A DNA stretch of 64,000 nt from Desulfurella sp. (lineage in GTDB: Bacteria > Campylobacterota_A > Desulfurellia > Desulfurellales > Desulfurellaceae), in the NCBI RefSeq assembly GCF_049977265.1, contig NZ_JBMFGQ010000001.1:18556-82555 (forward strand). The letters run 5' to 3'. Shown piece by piece: positions 12,127 through 23,137 of the stretch. Under the pieces are notes generated by a model. That model was not told where the DNA came from and made no database searches. It saw only the letters and a list, made by a program, of their open reading frames with translations. Both the position numbers and the translations under genes were made by a program. The stretch's first letter is position 1, and every line of letters starts with the position of its first letter.

Positions 12127-12359
12127 TGTACCCTTTTCTTATTGATTATTTTTGTACTCCTAAATAAATATATTTAATAAAATATAATAATAATAATAAG
12201 GCGCTAAAATATGTTTAAAATGTAAGTTTCGATTGTTTTTGTAGCCTAATATATTGTATTTTTTTGTCAAAAAGTCTGTTAGTAATGTTGAAAAGTGCTT
12301 TTGTGGTGAGCAGTACTCTGTTGTTATTGTATATTTTTTAACCATTTTTTGTAAGTGTT

Positions 12360-13613
12360 TTAGACATTTTTTATGTCTTTTTCTATTTTTTCTATAATTT
12401 CTTTAATTTGTGTTGATCTTTCTATTTCTTTCTCGATTTTCGAGCATGCGTTTATGATAGTTGCGTGCGATTTCATGTTAAATTTTATTTTTATTTCAGA
12501 TAGGGAGTGCTGCGTGAGTTTCCTTGACAGAAATATAGCAATTTCTCTTGGTAGTATTATATGTTTATCTCTTTTACCTGATAACATTATGTCTTTTGTT
12601 ATATTGAAATTTTTTGCCACAATGTCTTGTATATTTTCTACATTAAGCGTGTTTTGTTTTCTTTCTATAACGTCTTGTAAAATTGTTTGTACAAACTCGA
12701 TATTGATAGTTTGCTTAAATAGTGAAGCATATGCATTGATTTTTACGATTATACCCTCTATTTCTCTTACATTTGACTCAAAATTTTTTGCCAGGAACTC
12801 AACTATATCATCAGTTAAATACAGATTGTAGTTCTCTGCCTTCTTTTTTATTATTGCAATACGAGTTTCTAATTCTGGTGGCTGTATATCAACGATTAAT
12901 CCCCAGTTAAAGCGCGATTTTAATCTATCTTCTATTTCTTTTATTTCACTTGGGGGCTTATCTGATGTTATAACTATTTGTTTTTGATTTTCGTATAAAG
13001 CATTAAAAGTATGGAAAAATTCTTCTTCCGTGCGTTCTTTTTTGGATATAAACTGTATATCGTCTATCAACAAACAATCAAGTTCTCTGAATTTGTTCCT
13101 AAATTGTGTCATTTTTTTGTACTGTATAGAGTTTATAAGTTCGTTTGTAAATTCTTCGCTTGAAATATATAATACTTTTTTTTTCGAGTTTTTTTCTTTT
13201 ATATGATTTCCGATTGCGTGTAAAATATGTGTTTTACCAAGCCCCACCCCGCCGTATATAAAAAGCGGGTTGTACGCTTTACCTGGAGCTTCTGACACAG
13301 CATAGCTTGCCGCGTATGTTAGTTGGTTGTTTGGTCCAACCACGAAGTTTGAAAATTTATATCTGGGATTTAAGTTTGATTGGAGTTCTTTTTTTATGAT
13401 GAATTCAATTTTTGGTGCTTTTTCAAATAATTGTTCAATCGTTTCTTTGAATTCTTTGCGGTATTTTGACTTTAAAAGCTGTCGCGCTTCATCATTTGGA
13501 ATTGTAAGTGAGATAAGTTCACTATTGAAACTATTTGCTTCAATTAAAGAAATTGTCTCGATGTCGTCTATATCAAGTTTTTTTTTAAAAGAATCTAAAA
13601 ATAAATCCCACAC
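12360..13613 (-). CDS. dnaA: chromosomal replication initiator DnaA
   Basis: 417 aa. AAA+ Walker A GGVGLGKTHILHAIG, box VII, and a C-terminal DNA-binding domain. GTG start at 13613 with no Shine-Dalgarno. Confidence 0.95.
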   Translation of the reverse strand: MWDLFLDSFKKKLDIDDIETISLIEANSFNSELISLTIPNDEARQLLKSKYRKEFKETIEQLFEKAPKIEFIIKKELQSNLNPRYKFSNFVVGPNNQLTYAASYAVSEAPGKAYNPLFIYGGVGLGKTHILHAIGNHIKEKNSKKKVLYISSEEFTNELINSIQYKKMTQFRNKFRELDCLLIDDIQFISKKERTEEEFFHTFNALYENQKQIVITSDKPPSEIKEIEDRLKSRFNWGLIVDIQPPELETRIAIIKKKAENYNLYLTDDIVEFLAKNFESNVREIEGIIVKINAYASLFKQTINIEFVQTILQDVIERKQNTLNVENIQDIVAKNFNITKDIMLSGKRDKHIILPREIAIFLSRKLTQHSLSEIKIKFNMKSHATIINACSKIEKEIERSTQIKEIIEKIEKDIKNV

Positions 13614-13619
13614 ATTTAA

Positions 13620-13648
13620 ATTATATTTTAGAAAACCAAAAAAGTCAA
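13620..13648 (-). promoter_or_regulatory. sigma70-type promoter abutting the dnaA start codon
   Basis: Minus strand reads TTGACT (13648..13643), a 17-nt spacer, TATAAT (13625..13620), then 6 nt to the GTG at 13613. Confidence 0.5.
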
Positions 13649-13695
13649 TGAAGTAGTTTTTGCAAGTAATTTTTGATGATTAGATTTGATTTATA

Positions 13696-14232
13696 CTAGT
13701 CCTCTTTAAATCGCTCCTGGAATTCAACCCTTGCTCTGGCGCTATAGCCTCTATCTTCCCAGTAACCATATGGTTTTTTGTTCGTGAAAGTTATCTTATA
13801 TAAATGTTTTACCCATTTATAAGCGTAAAGTTTTGGTGCGATAAATCTCATTGGAAAACCTCTTGATTTACTTAAAGCACTTCCATTCAACCTTAAGCAA
13901 ACAAAACTATCTAAAGCGTAGTCTTTATCAACAAAACTTTTATAGCCACCAATTGATTCTAAGCCGATATACTCAAAATCTTTCACATTCACTATCTCTG
14001 AGATTTTTTTTAAACTTACTCCCTCGAATGTGTTATTTTGCACACTCCAGCCATCTACACAGTGCATATCAAGCGATAATTTTGTATCCATTAAAGCAAT
14101 GAGCTCGCTATAGTCAAAGATTTTTTGCTTATCTTTGACTATTACAACTAAATTATCAAACTTTTTGTCATTGTTTTCTATGGTAATGTCTATAAAATCT
14201 TTTACTAAATATTGTCCTTTAGGTAAAGGCAT
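13696..14232 (-). CDS. molybdopterin-binding oxidoreductase domain protein (MsrP/YedY / sulfite-oxidase fold, small form)
   Basis: 178 aa. HCVDGWS, GFPMRFIAP, YAYKWVKHL and GYWEDRGY motifs are typical of the SUOX-fold Mo domain. No signal peptide is visible. Confidence 0.65.
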   Translation of the reverse strand: MPLPKGQYLVKDFIDITIENNDKKFDNLVVIVKDKQKIFDYSELIALMDTKLSLDMHCVDGWSVQNNTFEGVSLKKISEIVNVKDFEYIGLESIGGYKSFVDKDYALDSFVCLRLNGSALSKSRGFPMRFIAPKLYAYKWVKHLYKITFTNKKPYGYWEDRGYSARARVEFQERFKED

Positions 14233-14515
14233 TTTCTACCCATTCTATATTATTGTTTTCTATAGAAATTACATCAAAACTTATTTCAAATTCATTCTCA
14301 TTTAAATTATGTTTAAGCATAAATAACTTTGCGCCTTCTTTGATTCGTTCTTGCTTTTTATAATTTACTGCCTCTTTAGCGTTTCCAAATAGCGAACTAT
14401 TTCGACCCTTTACTTCTATAAATACTATTTTAAAGTCTTTCTTAGCAATTATATCAATTTCACCGCCTCTATAGCTAAAATTACGTACCAAAATACTGTA
14501 ACCTTTTTGTTGCAA
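14219..14515 (-). CDS. yraN: YraN-family (UPF0102) endonuclease-like protein
   Basis: GEIDIIAKK....FIEVKGR core motif. The ORF-track start is a TTG at 14515, but the conserved N-terminal helix is encoded further upstream (see findings). Possible true start is CTG at 14587. Confidence 0.75.
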   Translation of the reverse strand: MQQKGYSILVRNFSYRGGEIDIIAKKDFKIVFIEVKGRNSSLFGNAKEAVNYKKQERIKEGAKLFMLKHNLNENEFEISFDVISIENNNIEWVENAFT

Positions 14516-14558
14516 ATATTTAGCAGCTATTTGTTCGCATTTTTTGCCAAAAAGTAAA

Positions 14559-14909
14559 TTAAGTAATTTTCTTTTTGATTCTTGCAGACTTACCCCTTCT
14601 TTCTCTTAAGTAGTATAGTTTTGCTCTTCTTACTAAACCGCGCGAAACAATTTCAATTTTTTCAATGTTTGGTGAATAAAGTGGAAAAATTTTTTCAACA
14701 CCCACACCGTATGATTCTTTTCTTACCGTAAACGTTTTATTTATACCAGAACCTCTTCGAGAAATAATAATGCCGCTAAAAATCTGAATCCTTTCTCTTT
14801 TGCCTTCTGTAATTTTAATGTGCACATTTACCGTGTCGCCTGGCTGTAAATTAGGAGTTTCTTTTTGTTTTGTTAATTCATCTTCGAACATTTTTAATTT
14901 ATCCATCAC
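14559..14909 (-). CDS. rplS: 50S ribosomal protein L19
   Basis: 116 aa, typical L19 sequence, in an rpsP-KH-trmD-rplS array. Confidence 0.95.
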   Translation of the reverse strand: MMDKLKMFEDELTKQKETPNLQPGDTVNVHIKITEGKRERIQIFSGIIISRRGSGINKTFTVRKESYGVGVEKIFPLYSPNIEKIEIVSRGLVRRAKLYYLRERRGKSARIKKKIT

Positions 14910-15561
14910 AAACCTCTCTTTCTACTTTTAATGTATTTTCCTTTCTCCATTTCTCTATCATAGCATGATTACCAGAAAGCAAAACTTCTGGCACTTTAAG
15001 ACCTCTAAACGTTGCGGGTCTTGTGTATTGGGGATACTCTAGAAAGTCGTTTTCAAAGCTTTCTTCTTTTAAAGACTCTTTGTTTCCAAGCACGCCAGGC
15101 AAAAGTCTAACAATTGCATCCACTATTATGCTTGCAGCTAGCTCTCCTCTACTAATTATAAACTGCCCTATAGAGATTTTTTCATCAGCAAGTAATTTAA
15201 CCCTTTCGTCAAAACCTTCATATCTGCCACATATAAAAGCTATTGATTCTTTTTTGGCGTATTCTTTGGCTTTTTGTTGGTTAAACAAAGTCCCTTCGGG
15301 CGTTAAAATAACACTCAATACGTCTTTATCCTTTGACTTTATATAATCTAATGCTTTATATATTGGTTCTGGTTTCAGTAACATGCCAGGACCACCACCG
15401 TATACGCTATCATCTACGGTTTTATGCTTATCTGTGGTAAAATCCCTTATATTCACAAATTCAAACTCTGCTAAATGTTCTTTTTTTGCCTTTTTAAATA
15501 TACCATCATCGAATATAGATTCAAAAATTTTAGGATAAACACTCAACAGATAAATCCTCAT
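14899..15561 (-). CDS. trmD: tRNA (guanine37-N1)-methyltransferase
   Basis: 220 aa. Has the SPOUT knot motifs ([24 protein letters not shown]). Confidence 0.93.
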   Translation of the reverse strand: MRIYLLSVYPKIFESIFDDGIFKKAKKEHLAEFEFVNIRDFTTDKHKTVDDSVYGGGPGMLLKPEPIYKALDYIKSKDKDVLSVILTPEGTLFNQQKAKEYAKKESIAFICGRYEGFDERVKLLADEKISIGQFIISRGELAASIIVDAIVRLLPGVLGNKESLKEESFENDFLEYPQYTRPATFRGLKVPEVLLSGNHAMIEKWRKENTLKVEREVCDG

Positions 15562-15580
15562 TTTTACTAAATGTTTAATT

Positions 15581-15811
15581 TTATTCTAAAATTTCTAAAA
15601 CAGCCTTTTTACCCATTTTTGTAGATACAGCGTTAAGTAATGTTCTCATGGCACGCGCAGTTTTGCCTTGTTTGCCGATTACTTTACCAAGATCAGCATG
15701 GTCTACTCTCAGTTCAATAACTGTAGTTTTTTCTCCATCAATCTGCTGTACTTCTACTTTTTCTGGATTATCCACCAGTCGTTTTGCTATACAGGTAATT
15801 AACTCTTTCAT
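15581..15811 (-). CDS. KH-domain RNA-binding protein (YlqC/UPF0109 family)
   Basis: 76 aa. [20 protein letters not shown] motif, in the conserved position after rpsP. Confidence 0.85.
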   Translation of the reverse strand: MKELITCIAKRLVDNPEKVEVQQIDGEKTTVIELRVDHADLGKVIGKQGKTARAMRTLLNAVSTKMGKKAVLEILE

Positions 15812-16053
15812 TTTTTCACCTCTTTAAGCGTTTTTACTAAGTTTTCAACTGCTAATGTAGGTTTTGCACCTTTTTCTATCCAGGCGTTGTATTTTTCCAT
15901 ATCGAGCTTGAATTTGTCTTCGGATTTTAATGGATCGTAATACCCTAAGATCTCCAATGCACTACCGTCTCTTTTTTTTCGAGAATCTACACACACAATT
16001 CTAAAAAACGCTCTTTTTTTTCTGCCAAGTCGGGTTAACCTTACAACTACCAC
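15808..16053 (-). CDS. rpsP: 30S ribosomal protein S16
   Basis: 81 aa. N-terminus [18 protein letters not shown] is typical of S16. Confidence 0.95.
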   Translation of the reverse strand: MVVVRLTRLGRKKRAFFRIVCVDSRKKRDGSALEILGYYDPLKSEDKFKLDMEKYNAWIEKGAKPTLAVENLVKTLKEVKK

Positions 16054-16070
16054 TGTTTTACCTCCAATTA

Positions 16071-17390
16071 CTATTTACCAAGATTCTTCATTATATTCAA
16101 AGCTTTGTTTTTATCAAGCCCTTTCATCATTTTATTCATCTCTTCAAATTGTTTTAGTAATTTGTTTATGCTTTGTACATCTGTGCCGCTACCTTTTGCT
16201 ATGCGTCTTTTTCTATTTGCATCAATAATTTTATAGTTTTCTTTTTCTTTTTTGGTCATAGACTGAATAATGGCTGTGATTCTTTTTATTTCAACTTCAA
16301 AATCATCTGTATTTGAAAGTTTAATTTTATTTAAACCGGGTATCATTTTTATAATATTTGCAATTGAGCCCATTTTTTGTATTTTTTTTAGTTGACCCAA
16401 AAAATCATCGAGCGTAAATTGATTTTTTTTGAGTTTTCGCTGAAGCTGTTTTTGTTCATTTTCATCTATCTGATTTTTTGCTTGGTCTATTAATGTAAGA
16501 ATATCTCCCATACCCAGTATTCTCGAGGCAATTCTGTCTGGATAAAACTGTTCTAAATCGGATATTTTCTCGCCAATACCGATAAATTTTACTGGTTTAT
16601 CCACAATACGTTTAACCGATAAAAGCGCTCCACCTCTGGCGTCAGCGTCCATTTTTGTAAATATAAGACCGCTAATGCCTACATCATCATTAAACTTCTT
16701 TGCTATATTTACAGATTCCTGACCTATCATGCTATCTACCACAAGCAGTACTTCATTTGGCTTGACTGTATTTTTCATTATCACCAGTTCTTGCATGAGT
16801 AGTTCATCTATTTGAAGTCTGCCAGCTGTATCAATTATTATTACATCGCGTCCGCTGGTTTTTGCATATTCAATGCTTGCTTTTGCAATATCTTGAGGTT
16901 TTAGGTTTTCTTTCGAAAATACAGGTATATCAAGCTGTTTGCCGAGCGTTTGCAACTGCTTTATTGCGGCGGGGCGATATATATCGCACGCAACAAGCAA
17001 AACCTGTCTGCCTTTACTTTTAAGGAGCTTTGCTAGCTTTGCACAAGTGGTAGTTTTGCCACTGCCTTGTATGCCAACAAGCATGATAATGAAAGGCTTT
17101 GTATTGATAATAAATGCGGTACTTTCTCCACCTAAGGCTTGAGTTAGCTCTTTATGAACAGTATCTATTATCGTTTGGAAAGGCGTAAGATTTTTTTCAA
17201 TTTCTTTACCAATGAGTTTTTCTTTTAGCTCTTGCTCTATTCCTTTTACAACTTTATAGTTTACATCGGCTTCCAAAAGAGCAAATTTGATATTTTTAAG
17301 CACCTCTTGAGCGTCTTGTTCGGTTATTAGCGCTTGCCCCTTGATTTTTTTGAGTGCATTTGCTAATTTTGATTCTAGATCTTCAAACAT
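16071..17390 (-). CDS. ffh: signal recognition particle protein Ffh
   Basis: 439 aa. NG domain (GIQGSGKTTT, DTAGR, TKMDADARGG) and a Met-rich M domain. Confidence 0.96.
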   Translation of the reverse strand: MFEDLESKLANALKKIKGQALITEQDAQEVLKNIKFALLEADVNYKVVKGIEQELKEKLIGKEIEKNLTPFQTIIDTVHKELTQALGGESTAFIINTKPFIIMLVGIQGSGKTTTCAKLAKLLKSKGRQVLLVACDIYRPAAIKQLQTLGKQLDIPVFSKENLKPQDIAKASIEYAKTSGRDVIIIDTAGRLQIDELLMQELVIMKNTVKPNEVLLVVDSMIGQESVNIAKKFNDDVGISGLIFTKMDADARGGALLSVKRIVDKPVKFIGIGEKISDLEQFYPDRIASRILGMGDILTLIDQAKNQIDENEQKQLQRKLKKNQFTLDDFLGQLKKIQKMGSIANIIKMIPGLNKIKLSNTDDFEVEIKRITAIIQSMTKKEKENYKIIDANRKRRIAKGSGTDVQSINKLLKQFEEMNKMMKGLDKNKALNIMKNLGK

Positions 17391-17405
17391 ATAAACCTCA
17401 TTACT

Positions 17406-17434
17406 AATGTATTTATTTTGTTTGGTATTGTCAA
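17406..17434 (-). promoter_or_regulatory. putative ffh promoter
   Basis: Minus strand reads TTGACA (17434..17429), 17 nt, TACATT (17411..17406), followed by a short leader carrying GAGG. Confidence 0.4.
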
Positions 17435-17467
17435 TATAAATTTGTTAAACATATGCCTAATAAAATC

Positions 17468-17495
17468 TTGACTAAACCAATAATAGCAATATAAT
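17468..17495 (+). promoter_or_regulatory. promoter of tRNA-Leu (and probably metK-ahcY)
   Basis: TTGACT (17468..17473), 16 nt, TATAAT (17490..17495). The tRNA starts 17 nt downstream of the -10. Confidence 0.6.
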
Positions 17496-17511
17496 TGTTG
17501 CAACAATTTAT

Positions 17512-17598
17512 GCCGAAGTGGCGAAATTGGCATACGCGCTAGATTCAGGGTCTAGTGGAAGCAATTCCATAGGGGTTCGAGTCCCCTCTTCGGCACCA
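17512..17598 (+). tRNA. tRNA-Leu (anticodon CAG), class II with long variable arm, CCA encoded
   Basis: Cloverleaf folded by hand. Acceptor GCCGAAG/CTTCGGC, anticodon stem CTAGA/TCTAG with loop TTCAGGG, variable hairpin GGAAGCAATTCC, T arm AGGGG-TTCGAGT-CCCCT, then ACCA. Confidence 0.93.
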
Positions 17599-17614
17599 AA
17601 CAAAAGGAGTTAGT

Positions 17615-20024
<2,410 letters not shown>

Positions 20025-20040
20025 AATAAGGAGGCATGCA

Positions 20041-21069
20041 GTGATAGACAAAATAAAAGAAGAGCTTGGTAAGGTATTTTACCCGGGCAAAACAGATAGC
20101 GTAATCAAAGAGGGTGTGATTGGCAACATTTCAATAGAAGAAGGTATAGTAAGCATTGAATTAATGATGAAAGAAGACAATGCAAATGCTGTACAGATTT
20201 TGCAAAAAAGCATACCCAATGCTGTAGGAAAAATTGAAGGTGTAAAAGATGTAAATATAATTATCAATTTGCCAAAACACGACGAAGAACCACCAAAATT
20301 GGAAAATATTCGATATATTCTGGCTTCAACAAGTGGCAAAGGCGGTGTAGGTAAATCTACAGTAAGTGTCAATTTAGCAATTAGTCTATCTAAGTTTGGA
20401 TATAAAGTAGGCTTGCTTGATGCTGATATTTATGGTCCAAATATACCGCGCATGATGGGTATAGACGGCATTCCTGTTGCGCTTGACCCAAAAAATAAAG
20501 ATAAAATCCTGCCCATTGTAAAATACGGTATAAAGATAATATCAATTGGCAGCATGATACCAAAAGATGCAGCTGTAATCTGGAGGGGTCCATTAATAAA
20601 CCAGGTAATAAAACAGTTTTTAAACGATGTTACATGGGGTGAGTTAGACTTTTTAATTGTTGATTTACCACCTGGCACAGGTGATGCCCAGCTTACACTT
20701 GCCCAAGAAGCAAAGGTAAGTGGTGGTATAATTGTAACTACACCTCAAAATGTGGCTTTAGACGATGCTGCAAAAGCGTATGATTTCTTTATAAAGCTCA
20801 AAGTGCCGGTGGTCGGTGTTGTTGAAAATATGAGTTATTTTATATGTCCAAAATGCGGCTACAAGGCTGATATCTTCTCACACGGTGGCGGAGAAGCTTT
20901 TGCTAAAAAGACTAAAATACCGTTTTTGGGCGAAATACCAATAGATATACAGATAAGAGAAGGTGGAGACGAAGGCAGTCCAGTTACAGTATCAAGCCCA
21001 GACTCAGTTGTAGCTAAAGCTTTTGCAGATGCATCAAGAAGCATCATAGAAACATTGAAGAATTCATGA
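20041..21069 (+). CDS. mrp: Mrp/ApbC/NBP35-family Fe-S cluster carrier ATPase
   Basis: N-terminal DUF59-like domain plus a deviant Walker A SGKGGVGKST and a CPKC motif. The GTG at 20041 lies 6 nt after AAGGAGG. Confidence 0.9.
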   Translation: MIDKIKEELGKVFYPGKTDSVIKEGVIGNISIEEGIVSIELMMKEDNANAVQILQKSIPNAVGKIEGVKDVNIIINLPKHDEEPPKLENIRYILASTSGKGGVGKSTVSVNLAISLSKFGYKVGLLDADIYGPNIPRMMGIDGIPVALDPKNKDKILPIVKYGIKIISIGSMIPKDAAVIWRGPLINQVIKQFLNDVTWGELDFLIVDLPPGTGDAQLTLAQEAKVSGGIIVTTPQNVALDDAAKAYDFFIKLKVPVVGVVENMSYFICPKCGYKADIFSHGGGEAFAKKTKIPFLGEIPIDIQIREGGDEGSPVTVSSPDSVVAKAFADASRSIIETLKNS

Positions 21070-21950
21070 TAGCTGCAATTGATATTGGCACAAATACAAT
21101 AAGACTTGCAGTAGCGGATGAAAAAACGTGCAAGGTGGTTTTGCGTTTAAGTAAAATTGCCCGCTTAGGTAAAGGTAGTAACGGTTATTTACAAAAGGAA
21201 AATATACAAAAAGCGCTTTCTATTTTAAGCGAGTATCAAAAAATTATGCGGAACTACCAGTGCTCACATTACGTAGCGGTAGCCACCAGTGCTATAAGAG
21301 AAGCCCATAATAAGGATGATTTTTTAAGACAAACAAATATGAAAATTGATATCATAGATGGCTTAAAAGAAGCAAACTTAAGCCAAAAAGGTATATTGTT
21401 TTCACTTGAACATTTGAAGCATAAAAATTGGGTTGGCTTTGATTTGGGCGGTGGCAGCTGCGAATTTATGTTTTGCGATAAAGACAAGATTGTAAAATCA
21501 TTCAGTGTACAATTGGGTGTTGTAAAGTTGCTAGAAAAGTTTTGCAACACCGATCCACCCACAAAAGAAAGCCTTATGCTTGCCTCTTACGCATTTAGAG
21601 ATGCTCTTGTCCCGCACATGATGGATTTTGATTTTGAGTATTTAATAGGTAATGCTGGCACAGTAACAAGTTTGGCAGCTATGGACTTAAATTTACATGT
21701 TTATGACTATAAAGTTTGCGAAAACTACCAATTAAAGAAAGAAAACATCGAAAGAATTCTTGATAAGATGATTTCGATGGATAAACAGCAACGCCTAAGA
21801 TATTTTGACGTTTTAGAAGAGGGTAGAGAGGATGTTATTGTAGTCGGTGCACAAATTGTCTTGACAATTATGTCTGTTTTTAACAAAATGGAAATTTATA
21901 CTACAAATGGAAGTTTACTCGAAGGTTTAATTGTTGAGCACTTTTGTTAA
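21066..21950 (+). CDS. Ppx/GppA-family phosphatase, short form (ASKHA domains only, no HD domain)
   Basis: 294 aa. DIGTNTIRL, ATSAIREA and FDLGGGSCE motifs. ATGA overlap with mrp. Confidence 0.8.
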   Translation: MIAAIDIGTNTIRLAVADEKTCKVVLRLSKIARLGKGSNGYLQKENIQKALSILSEYQKIMRNYQCSHYVAVATSAIREAHNKDDFLRQTNMKIDIIDGLKEANLSQKGILFSLEHLKHKNWVGFDLGGGSCEFMFCDKDKIVKSFSVQLGVVKLLEKFCNTDPPTKESLMLASYAFRDALVPHMMDFDFEYLIGNAGTVTSLAAMDLNLHVYDYKVCENYQLKKENIERILDKMISMDKQQRLRYFDVLEEGREDVIVVGAQIVLTIMSVFNKMEIYTTNGSLLEGLIVEHFC

Positions 21951-21957
21951 ATATTTT

Positions 21958-22779
21958 ATGGCTTTAATGCTATTGGTTATAATTTCCCAATTTGAAATTA
22001 GTAGTGCTTTTGGCTCATCCTGGCACATCGAGTGCAAATTAAATAGTTGTAGGGCAAAATTTTTGCAAATGCAGCTAAAATGGAAAGCTCAGAAATCTAC
22101 TCTAAACGGTACATTAGAAAAAGTTGAAGGGTTACCTATTGATAATGAAGAGTTTAATATAGCTATAAACAAGATAAACTCAAGTTTAAATTTATCAATA
22201 CCAAAAGCTCAATACTTAAATGAATTTATTGTTTGGCTTGGCAATATTGGATATAGTCAATACAAGCAAAATATCAAACGCTATTTGGCAGCAGCTACTC
22301 AAACTATCAAAATATACGAACAAAATAGGACGGATGATTACATTTGTGCATTTTTAGCTTACAAATATCCCCAAGAGATCTCAAAAATTGATTTTGATAT
22401 AAACCCAGCTAATAAACTTGATGAAACATTGATGTTTATAAAATATTTAGGTTATATAGATAATGTAAAAAATCCCGAAGAACGCTATAAAGAGGCTTCA
22501 AAAGCTTTTGTATATCTCTTGCAAGAACAAAACCATGGAACGTTCGTAGAATCTTTTGCTAATTACCAAAATTTTGTGATTGATTATAAAGCAAGCCAAT
22601 ATTATACATTGCTTCAAAATTATATAAATGCTCAAGCTAAAAATCAAGAAAGGTTTTATATTTATCAAAAGTTACGCAAAGAATTGCCAATTGTAATGGG
22701 ATCAATAGTTTTAGTCTGGATATTGATTTTTGGTTATATTGCAATTGACAAGAAAAGGAAAGGAAAAAAGCATGCTTAA
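21958..22779 (+). CDS. hypothetical exported protein with C-terminal membrane anchor
   Basis: N-terminal signal-like MALMLLVIISQFEISSAFG and a C-terminal TM helix IVMGSIVLVWILIFGYIAI followed by KKRKGKK. I recognise no family. The start is uncertain (ORF track gives 21931). Confidence 0.5.
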   Translation: MALMLLVIISQFEISSAFGSSWHIECKLNSCRAKFLQMQLKWKAQKSTLNGTLEKVEGLPIDNEEFNIAINKINSSLNLSIPKAQYLNEFIVWLGNIGYSQYKQNIKRYLAAATQTIKIYEQNRTDDYICAFLAYKYPQEISKIDFDINPANKLDETLMFIKYLGYIDNVKNPEERYKEASKAFVYLLQEQNHGTFVESFANYQNFVIDYKASQYYTLLQNYINAQAKNQERFYIYQKLRKELPIVMGSIVLVWILIFGYIAIDKKRKGKKHA

Positions 22780-23137
22780 AAAAATTTTTTTGACTGTCAT
22801 TATTGTTTTTTTACCTATTTTGGCAAGCGCAAATGTGATTACAAGCTGCATAAATCAGATAAAAGAAGGAAACTTAGAGCAAGCTATAGCGCTTGGAAAA
22901 TTAGCTGTGGTAGAACATTCTAATAATCCTGCTTCATACATGTGTTTGGCAGCTGCATATGCTAAAGATAAGCATTATAATTTTGCAAAAGTAGAGTTAG
23001 AAGAAGCGTTGATTTTAACAAAGTCTCAAAATTCAAAAGAAGCTATTGACAATTTGCTTAATAATGTTAATAGCAAACTAAGCAACGTATTTAAAAAAGC
23101 ACCCAATGCTGACAATCAGACAAAAATTAAACCTTAG
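22772..23137 (+). CDS. small exported TPR-like protein
   Basis: Signal peptide MLKKIFLTVIIVFLPILASA followed by TPR-like helices (AIALGKLAV...ASYMCLAAAYAKDKHYNFA). The ATG at 22772 follows a GGAAAGGAAA stretch. Confidence 0.55.
   Translation: MLKKIFLTVIIVFLPILASANVITSCINQIKEGNLEQAIALGKLAVVEHSNNPASYMCLAAAYAKDKHYNFAKVELEEALILTKSQNSKEAIDNLLNNVNSKLSNVFKKAPNADNQTKIKP

Noticed and set aside
12160-12345. 61-aa ORF in the dnaA-recF gap
   Set aside because: No ribosome-binding site, low-complexity composition (YYYYY, LLNIFI) and very AT-rich DNA. Most likely non-coding.
11693-12831. Long antisense ORFs inside recF and dnaA (11693..12076, 12373..12831), with similar ones inside hemA, gyrA, ffh and others
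   Set aside because: They lie opposite well-supported conserved genes, are Phe/Ile/Ser/Leu-rich and have no Shine-Dalgarno. This is the expected by-product of AT-rich codon usage.
17599-17614. SAM riboswitch or other leader upstream of metK
   Set aside because: Only 16 nt separate the tRNA-Leu 3' end from the metK ATG. There is no room for a riboswitch aptamer.
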